Below, in pieces: positions 8,590 to 16,672 of a DNA stretch of 60,556 bases. The notes under the pieces are model-generated. The model was given only the letters and a program-made list of their open reading frames with translations. It searched no databases and was not told the origin of the DNA. The DNA lies in contig JAQURI010000002.1 in the NCBI GenBank assembly GCA_028715665.1, positions 1 to 60,556 of the forward strand, written 5' to 3'. This DNA comes from Candidatus Ratteibacteria bacterium (GTDB lineage Bacteria > CAIJMQ01). Both the position numbers and the translations under genes were made by a program. Positions within the stretch are counted from its first letter, which is position 1, and every line of letters starts with the position of its first letter.

Positions 8590-9099
8590 CTACCGGGTCG
8601 GTGCCGGGACTGAACCTAATAGCCTCTTCAGGCCAGTATGGGTGGTGACAGGATATTTGCCATTGTCGGTGAAGTATCGTCGCTCTGGCGAAATTGGTAG
8701 CCCTTTAAAAGCCTTAAACAACCAGTCAAGTTCAATATGTTCTCTGAGAATAATAGAGGTCATTGGCTGGTCTTTAAGAGCGGAATCTTCAACGATGCGG
8801 TACAGGTGTCGTTCCAGCACAGCTTCATTCTGGACATAACAAGTGTCTTCATAGTTGTGTTTTCCCGATGTGTATGAATTTTTCATGAAGAGTGGATAAC
8901 CCATCTTGTTCGCTGTATCATGTAAGAGTTTTAAGTCTTTTTCTGATAACATGGCGCCATCAAGAAAACTCCACCATTCTGTGGGGTCTGTTCGAGTGAG
9001 GATGATTTTTGTTTTCGGCTTCGGGATATCTAAATGTTGTATCTTGGGATACCAGAAATCCATTGAGGATAGAGGGAATAAGTCGTGTGGGGTGTCCAT
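8590..9099 (-). CDS. ATP-grasp-like protein, N-terminal part (upstream of frameshift)
   Basis: 169-aa ORF; ..PERRYFTDNGK resembles the E-x-R-x-F strand of ATP-grasp folds; the frame is lost at the A-run near 8656-8658. Confidence 0.5.
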   Translation of the reverse strand: MDTPHDLFPLSSMDFWYPKIQHLDIPKPKTKIILTRTDPTEWWSFLDGAMLSEKDLKLLHDTANKMGYPLFMKNSYTSGKHNYEDTCYVQNEAVLERHLYRIVEDSALKDQPMTSIILREHIELDWLFKAFKGLPISPERRYFTDNGKYPVTTHTGLKRLLGSVPAPTR

Positions 9100-9108
9100 A
9101 TCTTCCTG

Positions 9109-9243
9109 TTATATAAAATGATGACAATCGTTTTTTTCAAATGGTTTTACGATATGCAAATGGAGTCCGCATTTTGCGTAGTTTCCACAGCATTTGCATG
9201 AATGCGCTGGATAGTTTGGCGAAGATTCGGTGGGAGAGCCCAT
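9109..9243 (-). CDS. small Cys/His-rich protein (44 aa)
   Basis: hand-translated MGSPTESSPNYPAHSCKCCGNYAKCGLHLH... Confidence 0.35.
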   Translation of the reverse strand: MGSPTESSPNYPAHSCKCCGNYAKCGLHLHIVKPFEKNDCHHFI

Positions 9244-9281
9244 ATTCACCTGTCGAGTTTTATTCTTCAGTCTTTAGCTGT

Positions 9282-9704
9282 TTATGGTGTTGTTGCTTTG
9301 ATTGTTTTTGATACAACCCGGTCTCCGGTTAAAGATGTTAAGGACGTGGTAATCCCATATCCACTTACTTTAATATGGACTATTTTTCCTCCGGCCTGAG
9401 CGTCTTTGAACCACTGGTAATCTTGCGGTGAGATTGTAGTCTCCCATACTTCTGAGCTTGTTGAGAATTGGTTTGAGAATGCATTTTGAATTCTGATGTA
9501 TTTCTGTTCTCCAATGTTCAGGAACCAGTAATGTGTTCCGACTTCCAGAACTTTTACATCTGCTTCTGTATTTGAATAGTCGATTTTTAGAAGGTTTATC
9601 TCGTGGCCTATAAATCCGACTAATGTTATAAAGACTGCAATTAAGAGTAAATATCCAATCAATACACCTAAAAGATTTGTGAGAGCTGGGGTTTGTCTTT
9701 GCAT
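9282..9704 (-). CDS. membrane-anchored/secreted hypothetical protein
   Basis: 140-aa ORF with an N-terminal TM helix; downstream of the type-1 promoter at 9718. Confidence 0.55.
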   Translation of the reverse strand: MQRQTPALTNLLGVLIGYLLLIAVFITLVGFIGHEINLLKIDYSNTEADVKVLEVGTHYWFLNIGEQKYIRIQNAFSNQFSTSSEVWETTISPQDYQWFKDAQAGGKIVHIKVSGYGITTSLTSLTGDRVVSKTIKATTP

Positions 9705-9717
9705 AATATTTACTATT

Positions 9718-9747
9718 AAAACCTAATTATGATATAGGTATCGGTCG
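9718..9747 (-). promoter_or_regulatory. type-1 promoter motif (variant)
   Basis: minus-sense CGACCGATACCTATATCATAATTAGGTTTT about 30 nt upstream of the ATG at 9704. Confidence 0.5.
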
Positions 9748-9856
9748 TTTCCTCAAAGTATTACAACACGCAACCAGCGTTTCCAGTTTGTCGGATATTT
9801 CATATCTTTGATATCTTGCAAGAGTTGTTTTTGTGTTTTCTATAACCATAATGTTT

Positions 9857-10312
9857 CTATCGGTTCGTGTTTTGTGTCGAACCACCCACACCGATATGAT
9901 ACCGCTGTCTATCCTCTAATTCTTGAACTTTTCCAGAATTCCATCCGCTTACTGCTTGAATGTAACCAGTAACTCGTGAAAGCTGTTCTACAGAATGATT
10001 CCCACAGCACGGACACATGGGCATTTTGCATATCGGACAGGTTTTTATTCCCGAAACGGTTGTTTTACATGACTTTGAACCCGTTTCTTCTGCGTAAATG
10101 TGTACAGGACAATCAGTGCCTTTCTCGATATTGAGAGATACCAGTCCCATATGAGCTTCATTGAATCTCAGGCATTTTTCAGCGAACTGTTCCACGGTCA
10201 AGACCTGAATGATTTTGGGTTCGACCGTACTTCTTTGTACTCCAACTTGAAATTGAGCACTCGATGGTGCTATTGTTGCTATAGATTCCATATTTTTACA
10301 CCCTTTGAACAT
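9857..10312 (-). CDS. stand-alone NrdD C-terminal domain protein (zinc ribbon + glycyl-radical motif)
   Basis: C-terminus CPICKMPMCPCCGNHSVEQLSRVTGYIQAVSGWNSGKVQELEDRQRY matches the class III RNR (NrdD) Gly-radical tail; only 151 aa, no catalytic barrel. Confidence 0.7.
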   Translation of the reverse strand: MFKGCKNMESIATIAPSSAQFQVGVQRSTVEPKIIQVLTVEQFAEKCLRFNEAHMGLVSLNIEKGTDCPVHIYAEETGSKSCKTTVSGIKTCPICKMPMCPCCGNHSVEQLSRVTGYIQAVSGWNSGKVQELEDRQRYHIGVGGSTQNTNR

Positions 10313-10479
10313 TTAATTGACATGAAAAGAAAAGCGAATGACAAAAACATTATTGTTTCATAAAATTCTTGACTGGAAAAGAGATAGACCATACCGATAC
10401 CGAACGAGGGAATGATACCTAGCAAGAACATCAGCAAAAAAATTAAAATATATCCTGATTTTCTCGCCAAGGAAATCAC
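10279..10479 (-). CDS. small membrane protein
   Basis: 66-aa ORF (GTG start), two hydrophobic helices. Confidence 0.45.
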   Translation of the reverse strand: MISLARKSGYILIFLLMFLLGIIPSFGIGMVYLFSSQEFYETIMFLSFAFLFMSIKCSKGVKIWNL

Positions 10480-11187
10480 CAGTCCGACCCAAAAATTGAA
10501 TATCCTGTTTTCGATTTATTAACCATTCTAAAACCTGTATTCAGATGGAACTCGCTATAAATACATAAACCTTTTTTTTACTGTACATGCAGAGAAATCT
10601 GTATGTGCATGGGACTGGAACCCGGATGGAAGATTGAAACGGTTGTGTGGTGTTTTGGCTCAATCCCGACCGTTGGGGTCAACGGAGAGTTGTAACGGAG
10701 AGGCTTTTTTGGTGGATATTCGCATGCTCCTTGTTGTATGTGCAGATGCCGGGTTGAAACCACGTTCACCTGCCACTATACATTATGTATGCAGACCTGT
10801 TTTTTCTGAGAAACTGTATATATCTTTTGGGTGATTACTTTCCAACTGTTGCAGTGGAAGTAATCGGGGGGGTTGTAGAGACATCCTTGTGTCTTTAAGT
10901 TGAATTTCCAATGGAGAGTTTGTTTGAGGCATATCATGCCACGCCAATAAAATGGATGATTTGACCGGATTTTCGATTGGATTGATAAAATAATATCCCG
11001 GATATGAGATTTTATACGATAAATTCGATATTGAACGAAGGAATTTTTTGAGTAACGGATTTTTACGTCAGGTTCTACAGCCTACTGGGGGTAACGGACT
11101 TTTTTTATGCTCCAGTTGAAATTCAGGTGTTTTTTTCCCGTTAACGGACTAACTTCCTAAAAACCCGTCGGCTTTGGGAGGCGTTTT

Positions 11188-11225
11188 GTGCGTCCTTTTT
11201 GGGTTTGTAACGGGCTTGGACGCAC
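11188..11225 (+). repeat. hairpin 1 of a tandem pair (gtgcgtcc / ggacgcac)
   Basis: 8-bp perfect stem, 22-nt loop containing GTAACGG, followed by TTTTT. Confidence 0.6.
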
Positions 11226-11269
11226 TTTTTGGACACACGTTTCCTTCCGTCGGTATGCTGTGGCTGTTT

Positions 11270-11306
11270 GTGCGTCCTTTTTTGATGTAACGGGTTTTGG
11301 ACGCAC
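11270..11306 (+). repeat. hairpin 2 of a tandem pair (gtgcgtcc / ggacgcac)
   Basis: same 8-bp stem and GTAACGG loop box 82 bp downstream of hairpin 1, followed by TTTT. Confidence 0.6.
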
Positions 11307-11311
11307 TTTTA

Positions 11312-11336
11312 GATATCTTTATCGTAATTAAGTTTC
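11312..11336 (+). promoter_or_regulatory. type-1 promoter motif (plus orientation)
   Basis: GATATCTTTATCGTAATTAAGTTTC about 30 nt upstream of the ATG at 11349. Confidence 0.6.
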
Positions 11337-11348
11337 TATCTTGAAAAC

Positions 11349-11693
11349 ATGGACTCGGTAAAAACTATAACTGCACGGAGAAAGGGGGGAACCTGTATAA
11401 TCGCTTCAAAGACTCATTTTAAGGCTGGCGAAAAGTATATCGTTTCTTCTCCCGCCCACACAGTTCTAAAAATTCAAAAACTTCCGGGGCATAAGGTTGT
11501 GAACTCTACTTTTCTAAAACCGAAGATTTCAATTGCCAGAAATGATAGACGTACCGTTACTCTTTCCGTTGGAAAGTATTTAAATCCCGGTGAGAAAATT
11601 GAACTATTGCGTTTTACAACAAATGAATTTGTTTTTAAGATTATAGATAGGGAAAGAAAAAATGATATCCTTGAAACGAAAGAAGATTATTGA
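11349..11693 (+). CDS. AbrB/SpoVT-like two-domain DNA-binding protein (putative)
   Basis: 114 aa; two swapped-hairpin-like halves (ARRKGGTCII..GEKYIV; VTLSVGKYLNPGEKIELL); a paralogue is split across 12346-12627. Confidence 0.55.
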   Translation: MDSVKTITARRKGGTCIIASKTHFKAGEKYIVSSPAHTVLKIQKLPGHKVVNSTFLKPKISIARNDRRTVTLSVGKYLNPGEKIELLRFTTNEFVFKIIDRERKNDILETKEDY

Positions 11694-12465
11694 AAATTGG
11701 AATAAACAATATCAGCCAATTTTGTTATGTATTAAAGACAAACATACAATCGGTTCGATGTCAAAAGTGCTTAATATCCCAAGAAGCACCTTACGTGACC
11801 GATTAAGTCGTCTTGAACAGAATGATATAATTACCATGACGGAAACGAGGGTTATTGGGAGCAAATGCCTTACATTTAACATCATAAGTGGTTGGGAGAA
11901 CAGGCTTATGGAAGATACTGATAATTCCAAAACTGAATTAATTTGCGATAAAACTATTGTTTCGACTTCTAAATATACAAGTCTTATCAAAACCCATAGA
12001 GCAAAACTATCACAGCGTTTGCGTTTTAAACTTCTTCGTAGAGATGGGTTTCGTTGTCAATACTGTGGCCGGACAGCAGACCAAACCACGTTAGAAATTG
12101 ACCACATCGTTCCACTGTCTTTGGGTGGTTCGGATAACACTGATAATATGATAACTTCTTGTACAGACTGCAATCAGGGTAAATCGGCAGAGCCAATAAT
12201 CCCATTAGATAGTAAAATTATAATAAATAAATTTGAAGATAAAGTTGCAATTGTGGAGCCGATGTTGTTCATGAAGGCGGAGAAAAAAAAGACCAGTATT
12301 GTGCGTAAAAATAGGAAATCTCGCCTAAGAACCACATCCTTCATGACGGCAAGAAAAAAGGGTGGAACTTGTATTATATCGAATGTATGTTTATTTAAAT
12401 TGGGACAAAAATACCTCGTGCATTCTCCTGAAGCTAATGTTCTGAATATCACATTATATCAATGA
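11662..12465 (+). CDS. wHTH-HNH endonuclease fused to an AbrB-like half-domain
   Basis: HNH motif RRDGFRCQYCG...EIDHIVPLSLGGSDNTDNMITSCTDCNQGK; N-terminal HTH; the C-terminal 40 aa are paralogous to the N-terminus of 11349-11693. Confidence 0.85.
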   Translation: MISLKRKKIIENWNKQYQPILLCIKDKHTIGSMSKVLNIPRSTLRDRLSRLEQNDIITMTETRVIGSKCLTFNIISGWENRLMEDTDNSKTELICDKTIVSTSKYTSLIKTHRAKLSQRLRFKLLRRDGFRCQYCGRTADQTTLEIDHIVPLSLGGSDNTDNMITSCTDCNQGKSAEPIIPLDSKIIINKFEDKVAIVEPMLFMKAEKKKTSIVRKNRKSRLRTTSFMTARKKGGTCIISNVCLFKLGQKYLVHSPEANVLNITLYQ

Positions 12466-12468
12466 GAT

Positions 12469-12627
12469 ATGACTTATTCAGAGTATCCAAAATCCGTAAT
12501 TATTGCCGCAAGGAGGGATGGAAATACCGTTGCTTTGTCTCTGGGTAAGTTTTTAGAACCGGGCGATACCGTGGATATTATTAGACAAAACGAAGATGAG
12601 ATTTCATTAAAAGTTACTCGTAAATAA
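12469..12627 (+). CDS. AbrB-like half-domain protein (52 aa)
   Basis: MTYSEYPKSVIIAARRDGNTVALSLGKFLEPGDTVDII...; in the same frame as the HNH ORF, separated only by TGA-GAT. Confidence 0.45.
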   Translation: MTYSEYPKSVIIAARRDGNTVALSLGKFLEPGDTVDIIRQNEDEISLKVTRK

Positions 12628-12757
12628 TCGGGTTCTCAGTTCCATGGCAATTTCTTGTGCTATGATTGCAGGTATATCATTTCCGCTCCTATTCCTTTGA
12701 ATCAATACCAGCTTTCCAATTTCTTTAGTTCCACATGAAGCCAAGGGGTGGGTCTGT

Positions 12758-12783
12758 GGATACCTTTATCGTAATTGTGTTTC
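12758..12783 (+). promoter_or_regulatory. type-1 promoter motif (plus orientation)
   Basis: GGATACCTTTATCGTAATTGTGTTTC upstream of the 12809 small ORF and the 12931 gene. Confidence 0.55.
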
Positions 12784-12808
12784 AAGTATTCGTATAGGAA
12801 GTAAATTA

Positions 12809-12934
12809 ATGAGAATCAAAATCAGATATGGATACCAGAGGCAACCAGAGCAGAACGACGCTGGTTTCGTCAAGATTTCAGCACCTAATTCGAAGCCTTT
12901 ATCTTCTTTAGCTCCTAATATTGCTTTCCCATGA
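12809..12934 (+). CDS. small leader ORF (41 aa)
   Basis: ATG about 25 nt after the promoter motif; its stop overlaps the ATG of the next gene (ATGA). Confidence 0.3.
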   Translation: MRIKIRYGYQRQPEQNDAGFVKISAPNSKPLSSLAPNIAFP

Positions 12935-13293
12935 AATCCATAGAATTGCGAACGAAAATACTTGAGATGTTGCCTGTGTTCCAGCAGGATGTTTGGCAGA
13001 GACTTGGGCTTGAGCACAGGCAGGTCTCTAAAGTCGTGCTAAAGCTGGAAAAAGAATTGTTCCTGACCCGGACAAAGGATAAATGTAGTTTCTATCTCAT
13101 TATCACTCCTGCCGGAAAGACCGAACTAAAGAAATTAGTCCCGGAAAAAGAACCGGTGGGTATATATGCGAAACCGAAGAGTCGGTTCGCCCCACTTGTA
13201 TCAAATGGGGTTTTCTCGCCATGTACCGGATGCTCTGTTATTGAATGCGACCCCTGTACTTGTGTTCCGCTTGGAAACTGGGTATTAATATGA
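12931..13293 (+). CDS. winged-helix transcriptional regulator (MarR/ArsR-like) with Cys-rich tail
   Basis: 120 aa; wHTH pattern ILEMLPVFQQDVWQRLGLEHRQVSKVVLKLEKELFLTR. Confidence 0.6.
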   Translation: MKSIELRTKILEMLPVFQQDVWQRLGLEHRQVSKVVLKLEKELFLTRTKDKCSFYLIITPAGKTELKKLVPEKEPVGIYAKPKSRFAPLVSNGVFSPCTGCSVIECDPCTCVPLGNWVLI

Positions 13294-13314
13294 GACAATC
13301 GGCGTTGATTAAAT

Positions 13315-13740
13315 TCAAACCCAGCCAGCGAATTGTTTTCCCCGCGTGAATGAGTTCTTGGAGCCCGGAGCCGGAACCATAATTGTTGTTGTTACTCGCC
13401 GATGTGGTAAAAGTTGTGATAATATCTTTTTGATTTTCGGGACTCTTGCTCTTCCTGATTCGTTGACCTGTCCGGTTGTTCCGTCTGGAATAAAGCTGAT
13501 AGAAACTGATAGTAAGGGTCTTCTAATATTAAGATGTGGATATAATAAAGTGCCAAGCCGCATTCTATATGATTTTGGGATTCTGTTGAAAATTGATTGC
13601 GCTTCCTGTTCAGTTTCGAAAACAATATCTACCTTGAATCCGAACTCATTTCCTTCCTGTACACGAATTGTATTCAGGGCATTTTCATATGATATCCTTT
13701 GTGCTGTCTGATTTTCAGTTTCCATCATAATTATAGTCAC
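13315..13740 (-). CDS. hypothetical protein
   Basis: 141-aa ORF, convergent with the plus-strand island. Confidence 0.5.
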   Translation of the reverse strand: MTIIMMETENQTAQRISYENALNTIRVQEGNEFGFKVDIVFETEQEAQSIFNRIPKSYRMRLGTLLYPHLNIRRPLLSVSISFIPDGTTGQVNESGRARVPKIKKILSQLLPHRRVTTTIMVPAPGSKNSFTRGKQFAGWV

Positions 13741-13835
13741 CTTATTTACTATTACCGATACAGGGATGTTCTTCCGGTAAAGCAGTTCTCCGTCCGGTGT
13801 GTAATTCCATAATCAATTAAGAGTTCACAGATGAA

Positions 13836-14219
13836 TCATTGATTTTTTTTTCTGAACCACCCAAAATTTAAACCTTCCGGTTCATATTCAATCATATCCC
13901 CGATTCTTATATGTATGTTCTTTTTTGCTATTACATGATATTCCCGCTCGTCTCCAAATAGCAATGTTCGATTGCCATCTCTTTGTATACGTTTTACATA
14001 CATTTTTCGCTTATTTAATGTTGTTTTTAGCCGTGCAATCGTTTGTTTAGCCAGAAAAACCGTTGTTTCTTTTGCCCGTTGTTCCACATCTTTTAAATCC
14101 CAATAGTGTATCCATATTTTATTTTTTGGGGACATACCGATAAATTCATTTACTGTACCTTTTTGACTCAAATCCCTATATATTTTTATATTATTTATTT
14201 GTTTAATATATTTTTTCAT
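13836..14219 (-). CDS. hypothetical protein
   Basis: 127-aa ORF overlapping the end of the upstream ORF. Confidence 0.55.
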   Translation of the reverse strand: MKKYIKQINNIKIYRDLSQKGTVNEFIGMSPKNKIWIHYWDLKDVEQRAKETTVFLAKQTIARLKTTLNKRKMYVKRIQRDGNRTLLFGDEREYHVIAKKNIHIRIGDMIEYEPEGLNFGWFRKKNQ

Positions 14220-14517
14220 ATTGTATCACATCGGGTTCTGTAAAGTTGTCGGTTGCTTTAGTCGTTTCGGTTAACATACCCGGTAAGGGAAAAACGATAA
14301 TAATAGCCTTTGGTGAGTTTTTCCACATCCGGGCGTACTTCTTAACGTAATCTGGTAAATCATCTATTGAGGTTATTGTTGATTTTACGTTAGCTTTATT
14401 AAAACAGGATTGGCAATACCGTTCTCCACCAAGTCTTTTGGAGTCTTTTTTGTAGACGGGTGCTTCGCAGCCCGCACAATTTATTGATTCCCAGTTTCTC
14501 CAGTTCCCTCGTGCCAT
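14203..14517 (-). CDS. zinc-ribbon protein
   Basis: 104 aa; CAGCEAP...YCQSC. Confidence 0.55.
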   Translation of the reverse strand: MARGNWRNWESINCAGCEAPVYKKDSKRLGGERYCQSCFNKANVKSTITSIDDLPDYVKKYARMWKNSPKAIIIVFPLPGMLTETTKATDNFTEPDVIQYEKIY

Positions 14518-14964
14518 TTATTTTGCCGCCTTATCTACTGCTTTTTTTAATATTGGAAGATGCAGGAAGTTCTTTACCCCTTCCGGTGCTTCTGCATCAT
14601 AATGACGTCCGTTATGATATACCCACAAGTGCCCGCCTAAATTTACATCCCTCTTTACTTTTGCCGGTAAATTTCCATATACTGATTTGAAATTTCTTTG
14701 TAAAATACCGTAATCTCCGAACATATCTGATGCTAGAATAAACGTTCTGTCGGTCTCTCCGCCGAGTTTTACTAACAGGACTTGCACAAACTCTTCACAC
14801 CCGCCGTTATTAATATCATATGGTGTTCTGTATCCATTACCGCTTGAAATGAATTCTTCTATAGTGCGATTAATAATAACAGCTACTTTACGAGCCTGCT
14901 TCATCTCATATTGATACCTATCCCGGCTTTTTTGCTTAAGTGTCCGCATATGTGATTTTACCAT
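14518..14964 (-). CDS. hypothetical protein (possible Cys-His-Asp hydrolase fold)
   Basis: 148 aa; NNGGCEEF ... GGHLWVYHNGRHYDAE spacing resembles papain-like or transglutaminase-like folds; weak. Confidence 0.5.
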   Translation of the reverse strand: MVKSHMRTLKQKSRDRYQYEMKQARKVAVIINRTIEEFISSGNGYRTPYDINNGGCEEFVQVLLVKLGGETDRTFILASDMFGDYGILQRNFKSVYGNLPAKVKRDVNLGGHLWVYHNGRHYDAEAPEGVKNFLHLPILKKAVDKAAK

Positions 14965-15806
14965 TTCCAGCTCCTTACCATAATGATTAATGACATGATG
15001 ACCAGAATCCCTTCAAAACCCGGTATCCCTTTTACCGGGGTTTCTGTTGCTGTTGGGGCTGGAACAAAGGTCAGGTCACTATCATCGGTACTTGTTTGTT
15101 GAACTGGCGGAACTGTTGTTATCACGGGTGTTCCTGTATGTACAGGTGTTGCCGTCACCGTTGGTGTTATTTTTATTTCCGCTGGTGTCGGGATTGGTGC
15201 CCCGGCATCATAAGGCTGGAACGTTATTGTTGGTTCCGGGGTTGTGATTACTGTTACCTCTTCAATCGGTTCTGATATTACCGTTGCTGTTCCTCCTGTA
15301 CCTGCACTGGGGGGAGGGGTTGGAGTTGGATTGATACCGGTTCCAACAATAACGGTAAAATCCTTGGCCGTTCCGTTCATTGTCTTACCGCCTTCTTTCA
15401 GGAAGATTACTGTTTCCTGTAGCCTGTATTTATACGTCCCCTGTATGTTCATTTTAAGAGTAATGCTGTCCGAGACGCTATGAATCAATCGCCATGAATT
15501 TCCCCGCGCTATTACTTTTCCGGTTTCAGTGTTGATTAGGTCATAGTTGTACTGGTAATAATCAAGGTCAGGCCAGTACCATTGTCTGCCGTTCCATGTG
15601 TTTACTACATAGGATATTGTTACCGTTCCACTCACGGGCGTCTTGTATTCTGTTACTACGCCCCCGGTGATAGTTCCGAGATTGAGTGACTTTGGATTAT
15701 TGATTATTACGAAAATCGCTATGACAAGTATGATAATTGCCAGCAAAGCTACAACTCTTGTCTGGTCTATCTGTTTTTCCTGCTTTTGCCGGGTTTTTCG
15801 TTTCAT
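14958..15806 (-). CDS. surface (glyco)protein with PGF-CTERM archaeosortase signal
   Basis: N-terminal TM, T/P-rich linker, C-terminus ..KGIPGFEGILVIMSLIIMVRSWKW (PGF + TM + basic tail). Confidence 0.75.
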   Translation of the reverse strand: MKRKTRQKQEKQIDQTRVVALLAIIILVIAIFVIINNPKSLNLGTITGGVVTEYKTPVSGTVTISYVVNTWNGRQWYWPDLDYYQYNYDLINTETGKVIARGNSWRLIHSVSDSITLKMNIQGTYKYRLQETVIFLKEGGKTMNGTAKDFTVIVGTGINPTPTPPPSAGTGGTATVISEPIEEVTVITTPEPTITFQPYDAGAPIPTPAEIKITPTVTATPVHTGTPVITTVPPVQQTSTDDSDLTFVPAPTATETPVKGIPGFEGILVIMSLIIMVRSWKW

Positions 15807-15913
15807 ACCATATTCCTGTTTTTAATCCATGCCTTGAATACTTTTGCTATGATTTACCTCTTTGAGAGTTTTCTTTGTAGAGATTATCCCCCAACCTTTA
15901 GCTGGTGTAATAA

Positions 15914-16117
15914 TTATTTCTGGTTCAATGGTATTAAGATTGCCTGAATGACCACTTTTCCTGTCTTCTTTGATGTTGCTATCCGGGCAATTGTTCCTGC
16001 TGGATATATACCCCTTGCTTTTGTATGTGAAATCGGCACAGTATAATATGTTCCCTCAACGAGTGTACTTGGCGGTCTGCGCCTGATATGTTTATATTTT
16101 GCGTCTTTGAATGGCAC
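15914..16117 (-). CDS. hypothetical basic protein
   Basis: 67-aa ORF in chain. Confidence 0.45.
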   Translation of the reverse strand: MPFKDAKYKHIRRRPPSTLVEGTYYTVPISHTKARGIYPAGTIARIATSKKTGKVVIQAILIPLNQK

Positions 16118-16120
16118 AAT

Positions 16121-16663
16121 TCACCTCTCAATTAATTTCAATAACTGGTCTGGTTTCAGAAATATTGCATTTGCTGTTAATGCAATGGCTGGTGAAATAA
16201 CATAAATAAAAATATATAATAAGTGCCCGTGAATTCCAAGACCATTCCATATCCATCCTAATACACTGTCTACTGCCGTGCCTGACAGGGCTTCTTGGTT
16301 CAGTATGAGAAAGTTCCCGTTCCATCCATAAGCAAACGGTGGTTGCCATAAATCCAAGAGTGCAAAAAGAGTGAAGGAAGTAATTCCGCCAGATATCATT
16401 CCCCTTATTGTTATTTCGCCTTCAAAGAAATAATCTAGCGGTATTCCCAATATTCCTGTAAGCATCACTACTGAACCTATATTATATATAATATATTGCG
16501 ATGGCGGATTAAGCTCTAAATACCATTTGTTCCCTGTCAGTATTGGAACTATAACTAACGACCAGACGACTCCGAACAAAAAAAAACCCACTATTATCAT
16601 CCATTCTAAATTTGATACTTCATATTTTCCCGATTTATGTTTTTTCTCCGGTCTTGCTTGCAT
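16121..16663 (-). CDS. polytopic membrane protein
   Basis: 180 aa with 4-5 hydrophobic helices. Confidence 0.6.
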   Translation of the reverse strand: MQARPEKKHKSGKYEVSNLEWMIIVGFFLFGVVWSLVIVPILTGNKWYLELNPPSQYIIYNIGSVVMLTGILGIPLDYFFEGEITIRGMISGGITSFTLFALLDLWQPPFAYGWNGNFLILNQEALSGTAVDSVLGWIWNGLGIHGHLLYIFIYVISPAIALTANAIFLKPDQLLKLIER

Positions 16664-16672
16664 GGTCTTCCT

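Noticed and set aside
10599-10759. Possible mini-CRISPR or solitary repeat. Two segments end in ..GAAGATTGAAAC (10628-10640) and ..GGGTTGAAAC (10750-10759), resembling the ATTGAAAC 3' handle of many archaeal CRISPR repeats.
   Set aside because: The two segments share only the start (gtatgtgca) and the tail, not a full 25-37 nt repeat. The spacing between them (~94 nt) is far from spacer length. There is no third copy and no cas genes. More likely chance or part of the regulatory repeats in this region.
10578-10834. Track ORFs 10578-10769 (minus) and 10634-10834 (plus).
   Set aside because: They overlap each other inside the repeat-rich non-coding hub, with no ribosome-binding or promoter context.
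10866-10917. Origin-recognition-box-like element (G7 run plus TTCCAATGGAGA).
   Set aside because: A single copy, with the G-run on the wrong side and at the wrong distance relative to canonical ORB elements, and no adjacent Orc1/Cdc6 gene. Mentioned only as a weak feature of the non-coding hub.
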